NCBI GenBank assembly: GCA_964472675.1 | Contig: CAYYLO010000005.1 | Coordinates: 1-61,821 of the forward strand | Direction of reading: 5' to 3' | Source of the DNA: an uncultured Gammaproteobacteria bacterium | Lineage (GTDB): Bacteria; Patescibacteriota; Microgenomatia; UBA8517; UBA10165 | Length of the DNA stretch: 61,821 nt | Shown: positions 8,830 to 16,795 of the stretch, piece after piece | Layout: the number at the start of each line of letters is the position of its first letter | How positions within the stretch are numbered: position 1 is the stretch's first letter | Translations under genes and position numbers: made by a program | The notes under the pieces: generated by a model | What the model saw: the letters and a program-made list of their open reading frames with translations, nothing else | Databases searched by the model: none | Told to the model about the DNA's origin: nothing

Positions 8830-9609
8830 ATGGCAAAACCTACCCCGTCTCCAAACGGTGTTCCTAATCATGTGGCCATAATTATGGATGGCAACCGCCG
8901 CTGGGCTGCAAAACATGGACTTGGCGCAGTTGACGGACACAGGGTCGCTGCTGAAAAGACGATAAAGCCGGTTGTCGAACACGCCATAAAACGTGGGATT
9001 GGTCACCTAACTTTTTGGGCATTCTCTACAGAAAACCAAAAACGTGACACTCTCGAGCTTCAGGGACTTTTTAAAATCTTCCGGGATGCTTTAAAAACTA
9101 ACCTTTTGGAACTTGCGGAGTTGGGAGTTAAAATAAGAATAATAGGCAACATCGACTGGTTCCCAAAAGATATTGCCACATTGGCCAAAAAAATTGTTGA
9201 AAAAACCAGAGACAACAAAAAAATCACCGTTTCTTTTGCTCTAAATTATGGCGGTCGCGATGAAATCCTGCGGGCTATCTCCCGCCTTTTGGACAAAATC
9301 CAAACTCACAATCGCTCTGTAGAAACTCCTATAACTGAAGAGGAGTTTTCAAGCTACATGGATACCGCTGGCATACCTGATCCTGATCTGATTATTAGAA
9401 CCGGCGGGGACAAAAGGCTTTCGGGGTACTTCCCCTGGCAGGCGGTCTATAGCGAACTTTACTTTACAAAAACTTTGTGGCCTGATTTTTCGCCTTCAAA
9501 ATTTGAGTTGGCTTTGAAAAACTTTGCCCAACGCACCAGAAGATTCGGGAAAGGCAAGTTTATAGATTACCTCAAGAACGCAGCCAAAAAAGTGGCAGTT
9601 GGACATTAG
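8830..9609 (+). CDS. uppS: Undecaprenyl/polyprenyl diphosphate synthase
   Basis: HVAIIMDGNRRWA, AFSTEN, LNYGGRDEI, DPDLIIRTGG, RLSGYFPWQ. Confidence 0.97.
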   Translation: MAKPTPSPNGVPNHVAIIMDGNRRWAAKHGLGAVDGHRVAAEKTIKPVVEHAIKRGIGHLTFWAFSTENQKRDTLELQGLFKIFRDALKTNLLELAELGVKIRIIGNIDWFPKDIATLAKKIVEKTRDNKKITVSFALNYGGRDEILRAISRLLDKIQTHNRSVETPITEEEFSSYMDTAGIPDPDLIIRTGGDKRLSGYFPWQAVYSELYFTKTLWPDFSPSKFELALKNFAQRTRRFGKGKFIDYLKNAAKKVAVGH

Positions 9610-9617
9610 CCACACCG

Positions 9618-9699
9618 TGTCATTTCGAACGGAGTGAGAAATCTAGTTATTCTGCACTTCAACGAGATCTCTCGTCAGTTACACCTCCTCGAGATGACA
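9618..9699. mobile_element. Palindromic MITE/REP-like element
   Basis: Terminal inverted repeats TGTCATTTCGA...TCGAGATGACA with internal GAGAAATCT/AGATCTCTC. Confidence 0.75.
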
Positions 9700-9752
9700 A
9701 CTATCACCGCTTTTCTTGCAAAGCTACGCTTCTGCCTGATACACTTAGAACT

Positions 9753-10163
9753 GTGAAAATAATAAAAAGTAACTCGTCAGCTCGCAACATAGTAACTAGT
9801 TTCGCAAAGTGCACAATTGCCGCCCTCTTTACTCTAATCATTAATCACAAGTTACTAGTCACCTCTGCCTTAGCTGTCGATATAGGCGCCGAGTACAATT
9901 CTCCTGTAAAAAATATCACCGACATGGGAGGTTTGGTCTCGACCGTAGCCGGGAATCTTTATCTTATCGCCGGCGTTATAGTCTTCATCCTTTTCCTGTG
10001 GGGCGGGTTTGAATACATCCGTGGCGCAGGCTCTGATGACAGGGATGCCATTGGCCGCGGGAAAAAGATTATTTTCTCGGCAATTACCGGTTTCTTGATT
10101 ATCTTCGTCTCATATTGGATAATTCTACTTATTGAAATGTTGACCAACGTTAAAATATTTTAA
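9753..10163 (+). CDS. VirB2/TrbC-like T4SS pilin
   Basis: GGFEYIRGAGSDDRDAIGRGKKIIFSAITGF. Confidence 0.8.
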   Translation: MKIIKSNSSARNIVTSFAKCTIAALFTLIINHKLLVTSALAVDIGAEYNSPVKNITDMGGLVSTVAGNLYLIAGVIVFILFLWGGFEYIRGAGSDDRDAIGRGKKIIFSAITGFLIIFVSYWIILLIEMLTNVKIF

Positions 10164-10164
10164 T

Positions 10165-10680
10165 ATGAGAAATCTCATCTTTGCTTTGATACTCTTTTTA
10201 TCTATTGTCTTTTTTGGTGCATCTCCAGCTTTTGCTCAAGCAGGCAGTACCTTCGACAGCGAAGTGGAGTGTCGACTTTCCGGATGTTCAGGCACCTGTA
10301 ATGATATAACTGTGGGCGATCAACCCACGTTTGTCTGTTACACCTCCACTGGCGGGACTGGAGCTTTATTTGGAAAAATTAAACCACCCGCTAAAGTAAC
10401 TTCAGACGTTTCAGGCTTAGGTAATTTTATTGGCGCAATTTTAAGACTCTTAGTTATTGCTGGTGGAGTTTGGGCTCTGTTTAACTTTATAATTGCAGGG
10501 TATCAGTTCATTCAAGCCGGCGGGGATGCAAAAGCAGTTAGTGCCGCCTGGGCAAGAATTTGGCAAAGTCTTGTAGGTATAGTCATAATTGCTGCGTCTT
10601 TCCTGTTTGCAGCTATCATTGGGCAAATATTCTTTGGAAGTCCAACAGCAATTCTTTCGCCAAAACTTATAACACCATGA
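10165..10680 (+). CDS. VirB2/TrbC-like T4SS pilin with Cys-rich N-terminal extension
   Basis: Signal peptide, CRLSGCSGTC...C, AGYQFIQAGGDAKAVSAAWARIWQSLVGI. Confidence 0.8.
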   Translation: MRNLIFALILFLSIVFFGASPAFAQAGSTFDSEVECRLSGCSGTCNDITVGDQPTFVCYTSTGGTGALFGKIKPPAKVTSDVSGLGNFIGAILRLLVIAGGVWALFNFIIAGYQFIQAGGDAKAVSAAWARIWQSLVGIVIIAASFLFAAIIGQIFFGSPTAILSPKLITP

Positions 10681-11042
10681 TAGAACTAATCGCAGACACA
10701 AGCCTTGGAGAATTAAAAGGACTTGGTCCTTTGGGTGACCCCGCCTCCTTTTCAGAAGGCACAGGCGGACTTTTGGAGAAGTTATTGTCCAATATTATTG
10801 GCTTTTTAACTGTGGGGGCTATCTTGTGGTTTGTTGTTCAAATCGTCATTGGGGGTTACAGCTTAATGACAGCAAGCGGAGATCCTAAAGGAGCAGCTGA
10901 TGCAAGACAAGGGATCACAAATTCAATAATCGGGTTGGTTGTTGTTTTTGTAGCATTAATTTTTGTTTCCGTTATCGGATTCCTATTGGGGGTTGATGTT
11001 TTGAAAATTGGCGATTTTGTTAACAACTTAAGTATTAAATAG
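10677..11042 (+). CDS. VirB2/TrbC-like T4SS pilin
   Basis: GGYSLMTASGDPKGAADARQGITNSIIGL; ATGA overlap with the previous gene. Confidence 0.8.
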   Translation: MIELIADTSLGELKGLGPLGDPASFSEGTGGLLEKLLSNIIGFLTVGAILWFVVQIVIGGYSLMTASGDPKGAADARQGITNSIIGLVVVFVALIFVSVIGFLLGVDVLKIGDFVNNLSIK

Positions 11043-11049
11043 AACACAC

Positions 11050-11382
11050 ATGTACCTGGCAGATATCTCAAACCCAATAACACCTAGACTAAATCCTACA
11101 GCAGGAACTTCTGTTGGTTTGTTTAGCTCAGTCATTGCTGTAATTATCAAAACTCTATTTGTTGCCGGATTTGTACTATTTATCGTTTACTTTTTAATTG
11201 GAGGTCTGCAGTGGATTACATCCGCAGGAGATGCAAAAGCCCTTGAAAAAGCCCGCAATAGTGTAACCCAGGCAATTTTTGGCATTGTAGTTATGCTTGC
11301 CCTCTTTGCAATCATAAGGCTTATTGAAGCTGTCTTTGGCGTCAACATTTTACAAATTGATCTTGGCGCGATTAAAATATAA
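11050..11382 (+). CDS. VirB2/TrbC-like T4SS pilin
   Basis: GGLQWITSAGDAKALEKARNSVTQAIFGI. Confidence 0.85.
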   Translation: MYLADISNPITPRLNPTAGTSVGLFSSVIAVIIKTLFVAGFVLFIVYFLIGGLQWITSAGDAKALEKARNSVTQAIFGIVVMLALFAIIRLIEAVFGVNILQIDLGAIKI

Positions 11383-11407
11383 TTACATACGGTGAGGGGG
11401 TGAAAAC

Positions 11408-11806
11408 ATGACAAAACAAACTTTAAATTTTCTTTGGGCGTCTAGCGTAGCTTTGGCTCTTTCTGCAACACCAATTGCAGCTCAAGAATCAGCAAAAATT
11501 AATGTGGGTACAGGTGCTCCATCCACAACCGTTGCTAACCTAACAATTGGAGCAATCGTCTCAACAGCTATTAAAATTTTAGTCGTTGTTGCAGCTGTCT
11601 TGTTCTTCTTCTGGTTGGTATTAGGTGGTATTAAATGGATCACCTCAGGTGGAGATAAAAACAAAACCGAAGAAGCTCGCCAACAAATAACGTCAGCTTT
11701 GGTTGGTTTGGTTGTAGTCTTTTCAGCCTGGGCAATTGCCCAACTTATAAGGATATTGTTCGATGTCGACTTGTTCAATCTTACGATTAGCAGAGTTGGT
11801 GTCTAA
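11408..11806 (+). CDS. VirB2/TrbC-like T4SS pilin
   Basis: GGIKWITSGGDKNKTEEARQQITSALVGL; signal peptide. Confidence 0.85.
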   Translation: MTKQTLNFLWASSVALALSATPIAAQESAKINVGTGAPSTTVANLTIGAIVSTAIKILVVVAAVLFFFWLVLGGIKWITSGGDKNKTEEARQQITSALVGLVVVFSAWAIAQLIRILFDVDLFNLTISRVGV

Positions 11807-11904
11807 CAGCAAAAGTGATAGGGATTAGTGATAGCGATTTTAGGTGTCTATCCTGATCCCTTTCGCATTTTGCCCCATCGCTGCTTTTCTGATACACTTG
11901 CAAT

Positions 11905-12243
11905 ATGGCAAGCTGGTTGGGAACTGCATGTGTTGGCACAAAGATAAGCGACACAGTTGATGCGTCGGATGTCGCAACAATTGCTGGTTTGGAGTGCGCT
12001 TTTGGGAACGTCATTGGTGTCGTTTTGGCTCTTTCCGGTGTGGTAGTTTTCGTTACGTTTTTGATAGGAGGTTTTAAATATCTAACCTCAGGATCTGATC
12101 CAAAGGCAGTAGAATCAGCAAAACATACTCTAACAGCAGCCATTGCGGGGCTAGTTGTTTTGGTTTTGGCATTTGCGGTTTTATTGGTTATTCAAGCTGT
12201 AACAGGAGTGCAGGTAACTCAATTTAAAGTAACGACTCCATAG
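11905..12243 (+). CDS. VirB2/TrbC-like T4SS pilin
   Basis: GGFKYLTSGSDPKAVESAKHTLTAAIAGL. Confidence 0.85.
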   Translation: MASWLGTACVGTKISDTVDASDVATIAGLECAFGNVIGVVLALSGVVVFVTFLIGGFKYLTSGSDPKAVESAKHTLTAAIAGLVVLVLAFAVLLVIQAVTGVQVTQFKVTTP

Positions 12244-12254
12244 GAATGGAGTAA

Positions 12255-12310
12255 TTTCTAATTTTCAATTTACAATTTTCAATCAATTATCAAATTACAA
12301 TTTTTAAATT
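12255..12310. repeat. AT-rich 7-mer (AATTTTC-like) microsatellite
   Basis: aatttct aattttc aatttac aattttc ... aaattac aattttt. Confidence 0.7.
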
Positions 12311-12321
12311 AGAAACTCTTC

Positions 12322-13431
12322 ATGATCCGCTTCTTATCATTCTTATCACTATTTCCCTTCTTTTTGATTCTGTTCACACAAACCACGCACGCTGCTGATA
12401 CTACTCCCGATTCTTATGGAACCGAAAAGGGCCAGCAGCTATTTAGCCCTGAAAACGCCCAGAAATTAATTCCTTATAAAGGAGATTCTCCAACCATTGC
12501 TGACTTCGGAAAATCTGCGGAGTTTTTCCGTGACTCAACCAATGCCTATGCTCCCACACCCTCTCCCCAAGCACAAATTGATCCAAACTCTAAAGTGTTA
12601 GGCAGTTCCATTTTTGAAAACTTCTTTAATGCCCTCAGGGGTCTGTTTGATGAAGTTTTCGCCAGGCTTTTTTCTGGCGGCATACCTTTCTTTGGGACTA
12701 TTTACACCAATGGAACAAATGCTCCTAAGCTGACCGAAACAGAAGAAACAAAGAACGAGTTTAACCGCGGAGTTGACGAATATATCGACTCACTAAACCC
12801 ATTCAACGCTAATCCCTTCAGAATAACCTCAGGAATCGCCTCAGCCTTCAATATGCAATCCGAAAATCTTAAGGGAATCATAAATAGTGCAGCCGAAGCA
12901 ACTGAAGTTCCAGCCCCTCTTTTATTGGCTATCTCCCAAACCGAAGCCCCGGGAGCTTTTAGCTACACAGATGAGGACGTGAAGTTTTTTAGCACGGACA
13001 ATTGGTGGGCTGGTTCGCCATACGACACCCTCAAAAAGGGGTATTGCTACAATACCTGTTCTGATCCGTCATTGGGTTGTCCAAACAACGACGTCCGTGG
13101 AGCAACACAATTCGAGGCCGCCACATGGAGAAGTTTAATAAACGATAACGCCTCTCGTGGTTTAGTAGGTATCCAAAGCGTGTTGCAATCAAAATTTGGA
13201 TTGAACAAGACCATCACTGCCGACGACCGGTGTAATGTGGCTGCAGCTTTTGTTGGCACAGCTGTTAAAATAAAAAGGGACGCCGGAGCAACACCAGCTT
13301 GGGACGAGCCAACTATAAGAAAGGTTGCTGGGGCCTACTGTGGAACATGCAACCCAAGTCGTGCGTGTGGGCCTGATTACTGTGGAACCGTATGGAGGCT
13401 TTTTAAGTCATATTCTTCCCAATCACAATGA
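12322..13431 (+). CDS. Secreted lytic transglycosylase/lysozyme-like protein (VirB1-like)
   Basis: Signal peptide; VPAPLLLAISQTE (catalytic Glu position), GATQF, AYCG. Confidence 0.65.
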   Translation: MIRFLSFLSLFPFFLILFTQTTHAADTTPDSYGTEKGQQLFSPENAQKLIPYKGDSPTIADFGKSAEFFRDSTNAYAPTPSPQAQIDPNSKVLGSSIFENFFNALRGLFDEVFARLFSGGIPFFGTIYTNGTNAPKLTETEETKNEFNRGVDEYIDSLNPFNANPFRITSGIASAFNMQSENLKGIINSAAEATEVPAPLLLAISQTEAPGAFSYTDEDVKFFSTDNWWAGSPYDTLKKGYCYNTCSDPSLGCPNNDVRGATQFEAATWRSLINDNASRGLVGIQSVLQSKFGLNKTITADDRCNVAAAFVGTAVKIKRDAGATPAWDEPTIRKVAGAYCGTCNPSRACGPDYCGTVWRLFKSYSSQSQ

Positions 13432-13838
13432 AATACCTTACTGCCATAGGCCAGTTTTTTACCAGGAGTAAAAAAAGAATTGCTGTCTTGTTGATTGTTA
13501 TCTTGTTAGCAGCAGGCTATGTGTTTACCAGCAACAACCAGGCTCCCGCTACACAAACCACCTCACCTCTTCCAACACCAACCAAAGCCCTAACCATACA
13601 GGAACAAAACGCTTTACAGCAAAACAAGCAGCGTTTAATTTCTCAACTGCCCTTCAGTTCGGAGCAATTCACAGTCCAGTACTTCCCTGACCAGGACTAT
13701 TTCTTAATCTCTATTCAGAGGCAGCCATACGAAAATAATAAAGCCTTAGCGGAAAGTTGGATGAGACAAAATGGAGTTGATCCAGGGTATGTAACAATCC
13801 AATGGAGCGCCGTCCGCGGCGCCGGCCCCAGACAATAA
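13428..13838 (+). CDS. Bitopic membrane protein, hypothetical
   Basis: TM IAVLLIVILLAAGYVF, Thr/Pro linker, small alpha/beta domain; ATGA overlap. Confidence 0.7.
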   Translation: MKYLTAIGQFFTRSKKRIAVLLIVILLAAGYVFTSNNQAPATQTTSPLPTPTKALTIQEQNALQQNKQRLISQLPFSSEQFTVQYFPDQDYFLISIQRQPYENNKALAESWMRQNGVDPGYVTIQWSAVRGAGPRQ

Positions 13839-13864
13839 CCAGTTTTCGTCCGCGGCTTCGCTCC

Positions 13865-14233
13865 CTAACGAAGAGGAACCAGTCTCACTTCAAGCTTGGC
13901 ATTGAGTGCCCTTGCAACTTTTTCTAAAGTTTTGTGGGTATAGCCTGTATAGTCCGCTGCTTCAATCCGAGCAATGTTGGATTGAGTAGTTCCAACCAAT
14001 TTTGCCAACTGCGTTTGAGTAAGACCCGCTTTTTTGCGAAGATCATAAATCTGAAGAGCAATACCCCAAGCAGCCCCTGCTTGGTCAAGCTCGTACTGAA
14101 AAGCAGGATCCTCCTTGAGAATTTTTTCTATTGTTCTATCAAGATCGTCTTTTTTTCTTTTCATTTTCCTCCTTGTGATAAACTCTACTTCTAAGTTCAA
14201 GTTGTCCTGGTAGTAACTAATTTCAAATTCCAT
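13865..14233 (-). CDS. XRE/HigA-like HTH regulator (possible alternative start at 14164)
   Basis: LRKKAGLTQTQLAKLVGTTQSNIARIE. Confidence 0.9.
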   Translation of the reverse strand: MEFEISYYQDNLNLEVEFITRRKMKRKKDDLDRTIEKILKEDPAFQYELDQAGAAWGIALQIYDLRKKAGLTQTQLAKLVGTTQSNIARIEAADYTGYTHKTLEKVARALNAKLEVRLVPLR

Positions 14234-14238
14234 AGTGG

Positions 14239-14258
14239 TTATATCAAAGTTGATATAA
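14239..14258. promoter_or_regulatory. Operator-like inverted repeat inside the XRE promoter
   Basis: TTATATCAA-AG-TTGATATAA; minus-strand TTGACA (14260-14265) and TATAAC (14238-14243) flank and overlap it. Confidence 0.65.
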
Positions 14259-14351
14259 ATGTCAAGAAGTGCAATTGATTTTTAAGGTGGTTTTTTGACA
14301 AGTTACTTAGTATGGTATATGCTTGTTTTTAGGCTAAACCATATTAAGTAT

Positions 14352-15314
14352 ATGTCGTACTTATCCAAAATATTGATTGATAGAATAGAAAGCAAACTAA
14401 AATTTCTTCAGAAACTAAGGCCTTTGCCCCCTTCTGCCGTAAAAAAACTCCAAGAACAGTTTGAAATTGAAATGACTTACAACTCAAACGCCATCGAGGG
14501 AAACAGCCTTACTCTAAAAGAAACTTATCTTGTTATCCAAGAAGGTTTAACTATAAAAGGAAAACCCCTTAAAGACCATCTAGAAGCAAAAGATCATCAT
14601 GAGGCTTTGGAATTTTTGCATGAGACCGTCGAACACGGCTCGCAACCAACCCTCTCTGAGCACTTAATACGAACGCTCCATCAAATCGTTATGAAGAAAA
14701 CCGACGAAGAGTATGCAGGAAAATATAGGAATAGCAAGGTTTTTATAGGAGGAGCCGATCATGTTCCTCCCGACGCGCTTCTCGTACCGAAACAGATGCC
14801 TGATCTTATTCGTTGGTTTTCCAAAAACATAAAGCGCCTTCACCCAATAGAACTTGCAGCTCTGTTGCACCACAAACTCGTTTACATACATCCATTTTTT
14901 GACGGAAACGGCCGGACAGCACGATTAGTTATGAATATTATACTGATGAAGGCCGGATATCCGTTGGTTATTATACTGAAAAACGATAGAAAAAAATACT
15001 ATCGAGCTTTAAGCCAAGCAGATAGCGGAAAATATTCTCTTCTCGTTCAAGTTATTGCTCAAGCAGTAGAACGTTCTCTGAATATTTACTTAAAGACCCT
15101 TACACCAATAAACCAACGCAGGGAAAAGTTTGGTTCGCTTAGGCAGATGAGTAGAAAAGCTCCATATTCAACTAAATATTTAAACTTGTTAGCGCGAACT
15201 GGCAAGCTTGAAGCCCACAAACAAGGCCGAAATTGGTTAACAAGCTATGAGGCAATTAGAAGATATATTGGCCAAAGAGAAAGAGCACGAAAATTTGTTA
15301 GATTGAAAAAGTAA
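14352..15314 (+). CDS. Fic family protein (N-terminal inhibitory motif) with C-terminal HTH
   Basis: SNAIEGN, HPFFDGNGRTAR, LARTGKLEAHKQGRNWLT. Confidence 0.92.
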   Translation: MSYLSKILIDRIESKLKFLQKLRPLPPSAVKKLQEQFEIEMTYNSNAIEGNSLTLKETYLVIQEGLTIKGKPLKDHLEAKDHHEALEFLHETVEHGSQPTLSEHLIRTLHQIVMKKTDEEYAGKYRNSKVFIGGADHVPPDALLVPKQMPDLIRWFSKNIKRLHPIELAALLHHKLVYIHPFFDGNGRTARLVMNIILMKAGYPLVIILKNDRKKYYRALSQADSGKYSLLVQVIAQAVERSLNIYLKTLTPINQRREKFGSLRQMSRKAPYSTKYLNLLARTGKLEAHKQGRNWLTSYEAIRRYIGQRERARKFVRLKK

Positions 15315-15357
15315 GGCTTTTTGTGCTAAGATCGTGTTAGAGTACAAAACGTAATCC

Positions 15358-16770
15358 ATGAAACTCTTCAAGCCTGCTCGCAATCTAATTCGCAGCGTTG
15401 CCCGCCACCCAAAGTTTTTTGTCTTTATTCTTTTCTGTGCTCTTGTGGCCGCCCCCGCAGCCTATGCCCAATATTCTCTGGATACCCACCAAGAAGCCCT
15501 CAATGCATCTGGACAGAATTTACAAAAATTTTCTGAGCAAAATTTTGCTGGTTTTGTTAATTCAGTCAACACCGCTTTACTTGGCTGTCCGAAATGTAAC
15601 GACTCAGACCTAAAAGTAGGAGTAATGCCATTTACCGTAAATATGATTGCTGGGTTGTACAGCAATCCCCCTGCTTCAGGGATTGCTTATCTTGACGATG
15701 TGGCCCAACGTTTTAATCCAGTTCGCCCAGCTTATGCCCAAACAGGTACTGGTTTTACTGGACTAGCACCACTTCTACCTCTGTGGAAAGCATTTAGAGA
15801 TTTTGCATATGCGTTTTTTGCCATATTATTTGTAGGAATTGGCTTAGCCATAATGTTCCGCATGAAGCTAGATCCTCGAACCGTATTGACCATTCAATCT
15901 GCCATACCAAGAATCGTTATTGCTCTATTACTTGTTACTTTTTCTTACGCAATTGCAGGCTTAATGATTGATCTTTTATATGTAATGATATCCTTAGCAA
16001 TTCTCATATTTGGTCGAGCCGGAGCCGACGTACCTCATTTTCAAGAAATGTACCTAACTGGGGGATTTGGAGCTTTGTGGGGAAGCTTGTGGGGAGTTGT
16101 TGGAGGAGGAAAAACAGCCGTAGTTTCAGGGCTTACTTCAATTGCTGGCCTTTTAGGTTTTTTGCTTTTACCAACTATTCCTGTTCTCTCGGGTGCATTG
16201 TTTGGAATTGGCTTAGGTGCCGGTTTATTTTTGTTGCTTTTAGTCGTCATAATAATTTATGTTCTTTTCAAAATTTTTATGGATCTACTTCGAGCATATA
16301 TTGGTATTATTATTGCTGTGGTGTTGGGCCCTCTCCAGATAGCTTTAGGTGTTATACCAGGCTTCCCGGGGTTCGGGTCTTGGCTGAAAGGGCTCTTTAC
16401 TAATGTATTAATCTTTGTTGGTGTAGCATTTGTACTAATGTTGGGTCAAACCATAATTGGTTTAGGTTTTGCAACTAACCTTTGGCACCCTCCTTTGTTG
16501 GTAGGAGGCGGATTAGTTGGAACTGTTATTCCCGTGCTTATCTCTATTGGAATTCTCCAAATAGTTCACCAAGTCCCCGAGGCAGTCAGACAAATAATGG
16601 CTGGAAGACCGCCCGAATTTGCACCTGGCCAAGCAGTAAATACACTTGTTGGATCACCTGCATCTGGAGCAATGGAGGATAGAGCTAGAAGATCAACTGG
16701 GTTCTTTGAAGCTGCTGCTTGGAGAGTTGGAGGAGGAATTTTGGGAAGCGGGGGGGGTCGGAGAAGATAA
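15358..16770 (+). CDS. Polytopic membrane protein, VirB6/TrbL-like
   Basis: LWKAFRDFAY...IPRIVIALLLVTFSYAIAGLMID, many TMs, YIGIIIAVVLGPLQIALGVIPG, Gly-rich tail; T4SS context. Confidence 0.65.
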   Translation: MKLFKPARNLIRSVARHPKFFVFILFCALVAAPAAYAQYSLDTHQEALNASGQNLQKFSEQNFAGFVNSVNTALLGCPKCNDSDLKVGVMPFTVNMIAGLYSNPPASGIAYLDDVAQRFNPVRPAYAQTGTGFTGLAPLLPLWKAFRDFAYAFFAILFVGIGLAIMFRMKLDPRTVLTIQSAIPRIVIALLLVTFSYAIAGLMIDLLYVMISLAILIFGRAGADVPHFQEMYLTGGFGALWGSLWGVVGGGKTAVVSGLTSIAGLLGFLLLPTIPVLSGALFGIGLGAGLFLLLLVVIIIYVLFKIFMDLLRAYIGIIIAVVLGPLQIALGVIPGFPGFGSWLKGLFTNVLIFVGVAFVLMLGQTIIGLGFATNLWHPPLLVGGGLVGTVIPVLISIGILQIVHQVPEAVRQIMAGRPPEFAPGQAVNTLVGSPASGAMEDRARRSTGFFEAAAWRVGGGILGSGGGRRR

Positions 16771-16795
16771 ACATTAGTAGATGATTGAATCTTCC

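Noticed and set aside
7431-12243. Type IV (PilA-like) pilins
   Set aside because: No G/FTLIE class III signal motif; the two-TM hairpin motif is VirB2/TrbC-type
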